Shown here piece by piece: positions 1 through 11,900 of a stretch of DNA of 64,000 bases. The stretch is from Chrysomallon squamiferum (taxonomy: Eukaryota; Animalia; Mollusca): NCBI GenBank assembly GCA_012295275.1, contig CM022667.1, positions 16,430,001 through 16,494,000 on the forward strand. The letters are read 5' to 3'. The notes beneath the pieces were generated by a model. The model saw only the letters and a program-made list of their open reading frames with translations, was not told the DNA's origin and made no database searches. The position numbers and the translations under genes are program-made. Numbering within the stretch: the first letter of the stretch is position 1; each line of letters starts with the position of its first letter.

Positions 1-936
1 TCACTTTGGTGTTTTTATCAGGGGATTTTCTTGGTTTTCTCCATTTTCTGATTTTTGTTGTTCCTTGTTGATTTCCATTTCTGTTGTATTTATCCTCTGG
101 ATACTTTCTGCTTCAATTTCTTTTTTTCTCCTTTGATTTTACATTATATTCCATACCATCACTGTCACTGTCGCTGTTTTTTTTGTTCATCGCTGTCATA
201 CTCTGACCAACACTCACATTCATCCTCTTTGTTTCCACACTTTTCACACAGAAATATGTTCGGGCAGTTTCTAGCAAAATGTCTTTTTGTTTACAGTTAT
301 GACACCTTATATTTGGACAGTCTTTCAACAAATGATTATCCGCCATGCAGTTGTAACATACTTTTATTTGATTGTCATGTAAAACACGAAAATATTTTAT
401 TCCTTCATAAGTCCTAAATTTCATTGAGTATGGTAAACTTTTTATTCCGGGTGGAAATTTCACTCTCACGTATCTTGTTCCATCTGCAATTTTGTCCCTT
501 TGTATAGCCTTCTATAAATTGGTGATAAAATTTCTATTTCCATTTGTTTCAATTTTTCTTCAATTTCTTCATCTTCAATGTAGGCAGGCAAGTGCAAAAA
601 GGAAACTACTACAGTTTCAGATTTCAAAATTCTCGCCTTTATTTTTAGACCTTTCAATTCTGTTTCATCAATTTCCGTAATCATTCTCGCTTGTATAATA
701 TCTTCTAGTGTTATTTCATAAGAGTCGGATTCTTTCGGTACGCACGCTTTTATCACATCACCCACCTGGCCACTTACAAAATCTATCATGTCGCCTGCTG
801 AAATTTTCTTGTTATCTTCTACATTTACAATCACAGTGCATTCTTTTTTAAAAACATTTTTTCTCATTCCTTCTTTTTTTAAATTCATATCTTTCATCTT
901 TTCTTCGTAATTTTCAGATTCTTCCGCCCAAGACAT
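1..936 (-). mobile_element. Tx1/L1-clade non-LTR retrotransposon, 5' part: ORF1 (gag-like zinc-knuckle protein), frameshifted; element continues beyond the window start
   Basis: ATG at 936 (MSWAEE...). Contains VSFLHLPAYIEDEEIEEKL and, after a frameshift near 490, VKFPPGIKSLPY plus a CX2CX4HX4C knuckle (CYNCMADNHLLKDC) and a second broken knuckle (CHNC). This is typical of Tx1-type ORF1. Confidence 0.8.
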
Positions 937-984
937 AATACTTAGTTTACAACGAAACCTTTCCGAAGTGAGAGCCGATGTGTG

Positions 985-1016
985 GTCCAGCGCGCTATCC
1001 ACTGCGCTACGCGGAC
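985..1016 (-). pseudogene. tRNA 5' half (Arg-TCT-like), broken just before the anticodon
   Basis: Minus strand reads GTCCGCG TA GCGC AGTGGATA GCGC G CTGGA C: acceptor 5' strand, perfect D-stem, A-box, anticodon-stem 5' strand and C32, then retrotransposon 5' UTR. The Arg assignment rests on recalled similarity to metazoan tRNA-Arg(TCT); the anticodon itself is absent. Confidence 0.7.
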
Positions 1017-1073
1017 TGCACGTATGAAGTTCGAGAAGTGAATACCCTCGGCTACTGAGCAATTTTTAAAGGT

Positions 1074-1240
1074 TGTCTCAGTCACTTAATGATAGTGTCG
1101 TTTGCCCCCGGAGTGCGGGCGACTGGGTGTCATGCGTTCCAGTCTCGTCAGCGGAATATCATACTTGTGAGGTTCTGACTGGGTTTCCTCCTCCTGTGCG
1201 TTCCAGTATTAAGACAACACAGCGTTCATTCCTAAATAAA
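1074..1240 (+). mobile_element. Possible degenerate tRNA-derived SINE
   Basis: GC-richer island with a tRNA-like head (tctcagtcacttaatgatagtgtcg...gcgggcgactgggt) and a gggtttcctcc body motif reminiscent of invertebrate SINE cores. Family not identified. Confidence 0.35.
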
Positions 1241-1684
1241 CTCATACAAAGAGACACACAGATATAAACCAATGACATGTATAATGTATAAACAAATTTA
1301 TTGGGTGTATAAATTCAACATGTAACAAATGCATCGTGATTTTAAACTGAGCTTTAAAAATGAGCTTTGTTAAATATGCAAAACATGCCGTAAAGTTCAC
1401 TGTACATATATAGTAAATATTTTTAAATTGAAAATAATAATTAGAAAACTGAAACATCTTTTTCTGTTTTATGTTATAATAAACATCAAAGGCACAATCA
1501 AAATATTATTTATATGTAATATTAGAAATAAAAGAATGATTAAGTTAACCAAATAAAAAAAAATTAAATTATCAACATAAAATATGCGTGAGACAACTGA
1601 CTAATAATAATAATAAAATAATAATAATGCCAAAAAAAACAAATTATTTATATTTATGTAGATAAAATTATAAAATTTTAATAA

Positions 1685-1795
<111 letters not shown>

Positions 1796-1964
1796 TAAAA
1801 ACATTTCACAATAGAGAATTCTAGCTAACAACATTTATCGTAAGCGGAAACAGTTTGAAGTATACGTTAGGAAAATTGAAGATAATAATTTAAATATATT
1901 TTGTAACCTCCGATGTTAACTTTCTCAAGATTTTCTATTTTTATTTTTTTATTTTAACTTACTA

Positions 1965-2002
<38 letters not shown>

Positions 2003-2242
2003 CTAAATTACTGGGTGATGTCATTATTTCTATAGTAGTGATATCATTGTTGGCAATGCGGTCTGTTTGCTCTCAAGTTAATATGCCATGTTACTACCAT
2101 ACATTGTCATGTGCGATCAAAGACAGCACAACACAACAAAATAGTAACTTTGAAGTATAGAAAAATTTATTATATATTTATTTACACCTTTAAAAATACA
2201 TTTTAAACGTTTAGTTATAAGATGAATTATTCAAAAACAATT

Positions 2243-2313
2243 TGCATCGACCGGGAATCGAACCCGGGTCACCCGCGTGGCAGGCGAGTATTCTACCACT
2301 AGACCACCGATGC
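2243..2313 (-). tRNA. tRNA-Gly(GCC)
   Basis: 71-nt GCATCGGTGGTCTAGTGGTAGAATACTCGCCTGCCACGCGGGTGACCCGGGTTCGATTCCCGGTCGATGCA with A/B boxes, GCC anticodon and a downstream T-run. Confidence 0.93.
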
Positions 2314-2876
2314 TTACATTTTAACAAGTTTGAATTTGTCTTGACACTATTTTGAGTTCTACGTTCTCTGCTTTGCTTGACCTAAGTACCCATATCACTA
2401 TACTAGTGCAGAAAATAAGTCATTCATTAGGATAAGACCTCTTACGTTCTGAAATTGAATCGTCGGAGAAGTTGCTATCGAAAGCTACTTGGAAATAGGA
2501 AAGAAAACTAAACTTTTTTTTTTTTTTTGCTTTATAATAAACTTTTATCTGTGCCGGCTGATAAAACAGGCTTTCAGAACGACATACCCAGAATGTAAGC
2601 AGGCTCTTGGGACTGATATACTAATTGTTGTTTCTGAAATTTCTAACGTACAGAACATTACTAGTAATTTCAGTTTATACAGTTTGAAAAGGCAACGAAG
2701 CTTGTGTGTTGTATTTTTTTTTTTTTTTTTTTTTTTATCATAAACTGTTTACAAATAATTACTTAATTAATAATATTATTGACTTTTAAGATTCGATTAT
2801 GTTTTAATATCAGTCTCATTACTTTTATGACAGATTTAGAAATACTATAATCATAATTTCGAGTTTATCGTTGTTA

Positions 2877-2941
<65 letters not shown>

Positions 2942-3032
2942 GTAGTAGTAACAGAGTTGCGTCCCTTGCATTGTGACTCGACACGCTAGCTTTCATTGCC
3001 ACTATTCTTAATTTTCGTTTGACGTTTCTGTA

Positions 3033-3073
3033 TTATCGTGTCGTCAGAATTTGTTTGAATTCTGAAAATAAAA

Positions 3074-3107
<34 letters not shown>

Positions 3108-3143
3108 TAATAATAATAATAATAGAACAAATGAGTTATATGA

Positions 3144-3174
<31 letters not shown>

Positions 3175-3215
3175 ATAGTGTTAAGTGTATGGTTTTGTCT
3201 CTTGAGCATTAATAA

Positions 3216-3276
<61 letters not shown>

Positions 3277-3505
3277 CAGAGAGACAGAGAGACTGAGAGA
3301 GAGACAGAGAGAGACAGAGAGAGAGACAGAGACAGAGAGAGAGAGAGACAGGCAGAGAGACAGAGAGACTGAGAGAGAGACAGAGAGAGACAGACAGAGA
3401 GAGACAGACAGAGAGAGAGAGAGAGACAGACAGAGAGAGAGAGACAGAGAGAGAGAGACAGGCAGAGAGAGAGAGACTGAGAGAGAGACAGAGAGAGAGA
3501 CAGAC

Positions 3506-3579
<74 letters not shown>

Positions 3580-4475
3580 ACCAATATAATCAACTTTGCC
3601 ATCACAGTTCAGATCCGCTTCGCGCACCATTTCTTCAGCTTCTTTCTGAAATAAATCAATAAATAAATAAATAAATAATGATAAGTAAGTAATGATATTT
3701 GAATAACATAGAAAGAATCAGCAACTGTAATAACAACAGATAGATTATTGTCATCATTATAATTATCATCGACAATAATAACAGTAATAACAGCAGCAAA
3801 AACAACAAGAACAGTAAATAAAAATGTAACTACCATGGACCTGATAAAAGTTTATCTATTAGCTATTAGTAAAACGCAATAATATTATGTCGTCATGAAC
3901 GCGCGTTTTATTTTGTTGTATTTGTTTGTTGTTGTTTTTTACAGATATTCGGAAAGCACATATACAGGTCAACGTTTTATTTTAATGAACGGTAAGGTCA
4001 AACATTTCTGCTACTATTACTACTACTGCTAATGCTACTACTACTATTACTACTACTACTACTACTACTAACAATAATAATAATAACAGCTTTTTTCTTA
4101 CCTTTGTAATTTTTTCTCCTAATTTGTCGAGAATTTCATAAAGGTCAGAAGGAGTTATAAAGCCATCCTTGTCTTTATCAAAAGCGCGAAAAACCTCGTG
4201 CAACTCCTTTTCGGGGTCCATCGTTACTTTCCGGGCAAAGATGTCAACGAACTCGTCAAAGTCAATCGTCCCGCTTCCTACGAACAAAAAAAAAAAATAA
4301 AAAAAAAATAAAAAAAAATAAATAAAAAATTGATGATGTAGTAATTATATAATATTTCTTCAACAACAAAGACTACAAAAACCGAAACGACAAAATCATC
4401 AATAACAGTTACCGCTACAACTACTTCAATTATTACCTCTACAGCCGGAGCTATCAATACTTCTGGTATTACAGT

Positions 4476-4544
<69 letters not shown>

Positions 4545-5606
4545 AATAAATAAATACAATCCAGAAACTTTACATAAGCAATTATTGTTACCGTTTTTAT
4601 TATTGTTTATTATTATTTTACACGTTAAGACCAAATCACTCACTGTCTGTGTCCACAGCTCGGATAAATCCTTTAATTTCCTGTATTGACGGCCTCTGTC
4701 CAAGGGAGATCATCACTGTGCCCAGCTCTTCAGTAGTGATCATTCCATCGCCGTTCTTATCGAACATTTTAAACGTTTCTCTCAGCTCTGAAAAATTCAC
4801 ATTTCTCACACACTTCAGTTTATTAATGAATATAATTATAAGGCCAGTTATACTTCAAAAATATTGTCATACTTAGGATCGTTTCTGCAGTTTATATGGT
4901 ATAATATTGTTTCAAAAGACTGAGATTTGTGGATTTATTCTTGGCTATTAAAAAAAAAAAAAAAAGTTGAAAAAAAAGTATTCCATATGGATGATATTAT
5001 TAATTTAACTATCTTCTGATGTGAATTAAGCGTTACCTCTCGTGAATCTATAAAAAATATGATTATCACGAGCAGTGTAATATAGTTGATAGATTTAAGT
5101 GAGTATCAAATTATTATTTTTTCCAATTTCACGTTTTCATCATCATCATCATCATCATCATCATTATTATTATTATTAACCAACCTCTCTCTTTCTGTCT
5201 CTTCCTCTTTCCCCCTCTCACACATTTCTTTCTTTTTTCCTCTACTCACGAGTGTTAACCACGATGTTACGCACGAACTCACTTTCTCATATTATTATAT
5301 CCTTTGCATCGCCTTTTATCAGTATATTAATTGACCTAATTAGCGCAATATTGTGGATAATCATTTAATAAGATAAGATGAACGTAGCAACAGTTAAACG
5401 TAAAGCATCGGTGGTCTAGTGGTAGAATACTCGCCTGCCACGCGGGTGACCCGGGTTCGATTCCCGGTCGATGCAAATGTGATTACAATTTTCTTTTAAA
5501 TTTTAGTTTATATATTTTATATACCTTGAATTTTTTCTTCTGAAAATATATGTTTCTTCGCATAACCCTTCTGTTTTCTTTTTTCTCTTTGTATCTGTCT
5601 TTGTGC
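3033..5606 (-). CDS. Calmodulin-like 4-EF-hand protein, copy A; exons 5606-5525, 4787-4644, 4277-4102, 3645-3582, 3061-3033; ATG exon not seen (expected in or beyond the gap)
   Basis: All GT-AG junctions are in consistent phase. EF loops are [36 protein letters not shown] and [12 protein letters not shown]. Ends EFKQILTTR*. Confidence 0.9.
3221..3577. repeat. Compound (GA)n/(GACA) microsatellite filling the last intron of the CaM-like gene
   Basis: Directly visible; paralogous tract at ~25781-26127. Confidence 0.95.
5405..5475 (+). tRNA. tRNA-Gly(GCC), intronic and antisense to the CaM-like gene
   Basis: Identical to the 2243-2313 copy; lies between exons 5606-5525 and 4787-4644. Confidence 0.93.
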
Positions 5607-8099
5607 CTGAAATAATAAAAAAATAAAACTTATTCTGCACGTCACAAAATGTCCGTATATCGCTGAAGGCCGCTCATCTCGAGCCCACAAAAAAAAGGTA
5701 CCACTGTACACAAATGTTAAGTCTACCGATATAAACGCGTAGGCATCGTAAATGCTTCTGATGAGCGTAAATTTTAGGGAAATATATAATAGATAGTTAA
5801 AACATGAAAAACTCCAAAAATTATAAGTTATGTAATTTTTTTGCACGTTTGTGTCTGGATAATAATTCATAAATAGTTATATATGTTTAGGCTTTATTTC
5901 TCCCGCTTTTTAATGTTTTGCGTTTCTGTTTTCTTTTATATCTATTATAGGAATATTATCAATGAAAACAGAACAAATTTCATGTTTTGTTCTTTTTTTT
6001 TTTTAATTCTTTTTTTTTTAAATTGTTTTTATTGTTTTTATTTTATTCTTTGTTACTGCAAATGAACTTTATAGCAGCTATTTCAGCGCATTCATAATGA
6101 CTGTTTCCTGCAAATTCCAGTTACATCATAACTGTCAGTTATGCTGACACAACTAATTTGAAGTGCTTGTAAATATATCCATAGGTGAAGTACTTGTAAA
6201 TATAATAATGTGATTAATCACAATCCAAGAAGCATTTATCACTGACCAAAACCTCAACCTAAAACAAACCGACACAAAAAAAAAAAATAATAATAATAAT
6301 AATAATAATAAAACAAATTAAATCCAGAAAAGTGACGCTGTTAATAACTGTTAATAATTATCAGAAAGCGTTGTTAAACCAATATTCATCCGTCCATTCA
6401 TCCTTCCATTTCATCCTTTCAATCACTCTTTCTTTCTTTCATCCTTCCATCCTTACTTTTTCCTTCCTTTCTTTTTCCCTCTCTTTATTATCCTCTTTCA
6501 TTCTTTTATTTCCTCCCTTCGTTCATTATTTTCTTCCTTCAGTCAGTCTGGTGTAATGGAAAATATTTTTACAGATGACCGTACAACATTTTACATGCTG
6601 TCGTATCTGCTAACTGTCAGAAAAGTATCTCTTTGTCTGACTGATTACAGAGATTTCAGAACAGAGCATAAAGCTATCACCGAATTTCTAATTTACATTT
6701 CTCTTCTTGGTATGTATTTTCAGTTAGCATCAGTTTCCCTGCAGCTTCTTTCAAAGTACGTAAAAGATATATTATCAGCCAAGCAGAATGGAACAGGAAC
6801 ATTACTATAATATTGTCAGTTTTGATTTAATGGAATATTTGATAACGCTGTACGTTGAAATGTGGTGTAGGTTAATTCTTTTAACTTTGGTCCGTTTTTT
6901 ATAAACAGTTTTTATTTTGCGTATGTGACGATATATATGTTTGTATGTGAATGTATTTGTGTGTGTATGCGTGTGCATGTGCGTGCGTGTGTGTCTGTTT
7001 GTCTATCTATCTCTCCATCCATTTCTCTAAGTCCTTTCTCTGTTTCTCTCACTTTTTGCCTCTTCTGTACTATATGTACATGTATACTGAACATTGATAT
7101 TTAAGATCTATGTGTGTGTTCTTCAGTTCTTTAATTTTTAATAGCAACAGTATTATCATAATTCAGGAAATAAATCGCTATATTTCATGTATATACGCAC
7201 TTACTTGAATTATCTACATTTAAAATCTACATATGTTGTTACCATAACACTTCGCAACCTATAGCAATAATCGCAGAATGCTTTAAAAGTTAAAACTTAA
7301 TCTAATTCCAACTCTGCTGTTATCTCGTATCTATTAACTACAGGTCTTGAGTCAGCTGAGTTCAAAAAATAGAATGGGTAACCCACTAAGAATAGTGTAT
7401 TTTAGCTCTGAGCTATTTTAAAACCTCAGCTAGTTGCCAGCTGTACGTGTTTATCCAGTCATGTAGTTTCCAGATCCTAGATTACTTAAGATATAATTTA
7501 AACTGATCTTTTTCCTACAGATTGCAGGGCAACCATAAATTACACAACTCTCTTTATAATAACAGACTTAACGCCTGTGCAAGAATGATGAACTACTCGT
7601 GTAAAGAATAAGGTACTTGAGTTCAGCGTACGTGTAACTTCACTGTTATTATCGTTCATTATAAGTTGTTTTTCTCTGGACTGTTGTACCACTGGTAATA
7701 AATTAGTACTGATCATGTAATAATTATATCTTTAAATTGTCTTTAAAATCTGTTCTACAAATGTCTTTAATGTTGTTAACTGCCTATGTTATTGGGAAAA
7801 TTTACGACTCCTGTTGATAGTAGTGATTAATAATTTTAATAGTAGTAGTTGTAGGAGCTGTAGTAGTAATAGCAGCAGTAGTGGTTGAAGCAGAATGATA
7901 ATGGTAATATTTCCACTAATTATAATAATAATATAATACTATAACTGTTTCTACTACTACTACTTCTACCAATTATTAATATTATTTGTAGTACAATTAC
8001 TGTTCCTATTGTTACTACAATTACTATCACTACTACTAGCACTGCTAGTAATACTGCAGGTAGCGCTAATACGTACAGCTAAAACATGGTTATTTTTCT

Positions 8100-8181
<82 letters not shown>

Positions 8182-8783
8182 TAAATATAATGCCGTCATA
8201 AGTATATTAATTATATATTTAGTTGAACGGTTTACATTCTCTGTATATTTATTTATTTAAGTGAGCAATCACAGCATAACTACTAAAATAAGTAATTCAC
8301 TCTGGCTACATCTGAAAATTGAGCTATGAACTGTTTCTTCAACATCCATATGGTTTCTATTTTACATCAGCGTTTTGGCAACATTAAAAGAAAGCCATTA
8401 GCGATACTGCACTCTCGGTTAGCCGTACAAATAGTTGTTTTAATGAAAGATTATCAAGGAACGTAAATTGAAAAAAAAATCAGAAACGACAGGAGGTGTA
8501 ATTCATCAAAATGCACGGGATGACCAACAGCTATAAAGACAGTTAAGTACTGTTAACTTCTATATTGTATTGCCGGTTTTCTTCCAGTAGTTTTCATTAG
8601 TAAAGGTTATCAGAATGTAAATAAACACATGCAATATGCCCATAACTAAAACTTATATACATACATGCAGACACACTCGTATCACAAACATATACATACA
8701 TAGATACAACACATTATATATATACAATACATATATTCATAAATACATAAATACATACATACGCACATATAAATACATACATA

Positions 8784-8983
8784 NNNNNNNNNNNNNNNNN
8801 NNNNNNNNNNNNNNNNNNNNNNNNNNNNNNNNNNNNNNNNNNNNNNNNNNNNNNNNNNNNNNNNNNNNNNNNNNNNNNNNNNNNNNNNNNNNNNNNNNNN
8901 NNNNNNNNNNNNNNNNNNNNNNNNNNNNNNNNNNNNNNNNNNNNNNNNNNNNNNNNNNNNNNNNNNNNNNNNNNNNNNNNNNN
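8784..8983. other. Assembly gap (200 N)
   Basis: Run of n; the round size suggests a scaffolding placeholder of unknown true length. Confidence 1.
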
Positions 8984-11900
8984 GATGATTAAAAACAACG
9001 GTATCGATACAACTTTTACTGGTGGTCATTTTGATAAACAGCCACATGCATACATATCTCCAAGAAAATTGACATACATAACCTATCTACCTACTTACTC
9101 ACACACATTCACACAAATCACATTTATAACTAAAGAAAATAAAACATTAATAACCATACCAAAGATAAATAGATAATAATTAATAGAAAATAATGTTTAA
9201 TTGTGTTTTTTAGAAGTTGAATTTTTTATATAACCTTTAACAAACACGGTATTGTCTAATACATTTCCGTCTCAGCAGGATCCTACAAATGCAATATTAT
9301 TTAAATAAAATTAATGGTGAAGCTGATATTAAAAGACTCTTGCTCTTGAATCAATAAACAAAATTCTCGTGCAGCGGTGGTTAGATTTCTTTCTTATTTC
9401 AAAATCCTCTTTTCCACTTTTATTTCTTCTCTCTGAGAAAATATGAATAAAATTAAAAAAACACCTTAGCTGTAAATAATCACATACTGAAATGCATGGA
9501 CGTTCGTTAAATAAATATCCATCCATTGCACTCTAGATATCTTCCATAGTAATCTTCTTACAAAATATTTTTCTCACTTTGACATGTATATCATTGTCCT
9601 CCCAGCAATTTGTGTTTGATTTAGATACAATCATCCAATACCAGTCTGTTTGATGGGCATGCGCTGATGTATTAACTGATATTCTTTAATGAGTGGTTTT
9701 GTAATTTTTTATGACACAGAAAGAGATATGTAATAAACCACAGTATTCTAGTTACTGAAATATTAGGGCAGTGAAACTGAACAAGGTAGAACTATAAACC
9801 AGAAGGTAATAAATAAAATAAAATAAAATAAAACAAAGTAAAATAAAATAAAAAAAACAAAATCAAATTAATTGTGCAGTATTTTGAATTGATATTAAAA
9901 AACATTCTGCCTAAAACTGATGAGATATAATAATAATAATGTAAATCTATGAGTTAAAATATTCTGTAGAACGTAGTTATAAAAAATACAACATGTAATA
10001 ATAATAATACAATATAATAATAATAACAACAAATATAGAAAGATAGAGAAGATATAGATAGATAGATAGATATATATTATACAGCCCCAGGTCTTAATTC
10101 CTTCATAATGTGGTTATTAATATTTGCACCATTAAAACGCCCACCCCTACAATGCAACTCTTTCAGTGTTCTAATAATTGAAAGCCTTGGAAAAACCAAG
10201 GTACTAACTGTCTATTAACTTAGAATGCTAATGTGTATCTCTTTGTCTTGTCATCATCGTTGTTTTGTTAGTGTTCAGTTATGTGTATAGTGCACCAACA
10301 GTAATACTTTTGTTACCGAGTGTTAGCAAATGTTTCTTAAAATAAGCAATTAAGTGCATTAATAACGTTGGCAAACGAATTTGAGTGTGAAATCCCAGGA
10401 CAATAACAGAATAAAATAAAACAGTTTTTCGTGCCTACTTTAACCTGCAGTAGTTAACATGAATTGGTCATTTCTATACTCAAGCTCATTTCGATCCTCG
10501 CTATCTGAACGACAATCAGCAACATATTTTAAAATTCAGCTAGATATACAGGTTTTAGTAATTTTCTAGTATTCCAGTGCATACTCCAATTGTCTTCCTT
10601 CTTCCCAGGTTCTTTCTCTTCCCTCAGTTTTTACGTCTCATCTGATCTTCATCGTATTTTTGATTTTCTTTGTTCCTTTCATTCTATTCTCTGCCTGCTG
10701 CCCTTGAATCTTCTGTTTTCTTAGTTTTATTTGTCATTTTAGTTACTTTTTCTTAATTCATATTACTTTTCCCTTCCTCATATCACTGGTACTTTCTTCA
10801 TGCTTTCAAAATGAAAAGCACTAATTTTTACTGATTTACTAAGAGAAATAATAAAGACGATTAAAACGACGCATTAATTCTTGTACAGTTGATGAGCAAC
10901 AGTTAATGGAATATTAACATCCATTAACTCTCATTTCATCTGAATGCTGCAATTTCTTAAGATCCGTTTATGCTTTGATCTATACCCTTTATGGAAATTA
11001 TAAATACAGTACTGGCTTAACTATCATCATTATCATCAAAAACTCTAATTCATATGAAGTTCTGTGGTTTTAATTTTGGCAATGTCGTTAAGCTTCTTCT
11101 GATGTTCATGGAGTATGCTGTATGCTATCTTGAACTTTCAATATAATTATTTTTCTGACTTTATAGGACTAAACAATCTCAAAAGCAAAATAAATTGTTA
11201 CTTTTATTCTCCTGAAAAGCAAATAGCATTTGCTTCGATATATTCATTAGCAAATTTCAAAGCTCTTACCACTAATTAAACATCGATCCCAAGTATTTAC
11301 AAGATCTGAGGTACAAACTTTCTACATACACGACACAAAGAAGATACTCAAGTTTAATATTTATAGTAAAATTGTGATACTGACCTTCCATCATAGTGCA
11401 ACGTATTTTTAAACAAGAATTAGTTAGATATAAATTTCATTAAAATCTGTTTTGATGTATTTTTATTTCTCTTTGTAATTTTCTGAAACTTTTGAACATC
11501 AGCAATAAACATATTTTATCAATGGTAAAAAAACAATATCTGTATTTTCTCTCAGGCTGTAATAAGCATTATTGCCACACCGATAATAAACGTATCATCA
11601 TGGTAAAAATTATGTTTTATGTACATTAAATCAAGTATTATTACGTTATGCCACAGACTGTGACAAGATAAGTATTTATCTATAATAATGCATGTACCCA
11701 GCGTCTCTAATCACCGGTCCTCGGGCGATGGTATCGATATTTATGACGTGATAGGTTGTTTCTTTAGGCAGTGATGTTCGTGCAAGATAAAATATTAAAA
11801 CAGCGTGTGAAAATAGATGCAGTATTTTCACCTATCGCACGAGTTCCATTTCTTTATAATAATGCATCTCGTAATTAATGTTTCTGGCTTCAACTTTACT

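Noticed and set aside
1033-1070. snRNA (U2-like gcagggaga / Sm-like aattttt) at the duplication breakpoint
   Set aside because: Only a few matching bases; no recognisable snRNA length or structure.
3019-3630. Long ER/SL-repeat ORFs (also 1601-1834, 7966-8199, 25698-26180, 33363-33566, 60037-60433)
   Set aside because: Translations of (GA)n, (TA)n and (CA)n microsatellites; only the embedded EF-hand exons are real.
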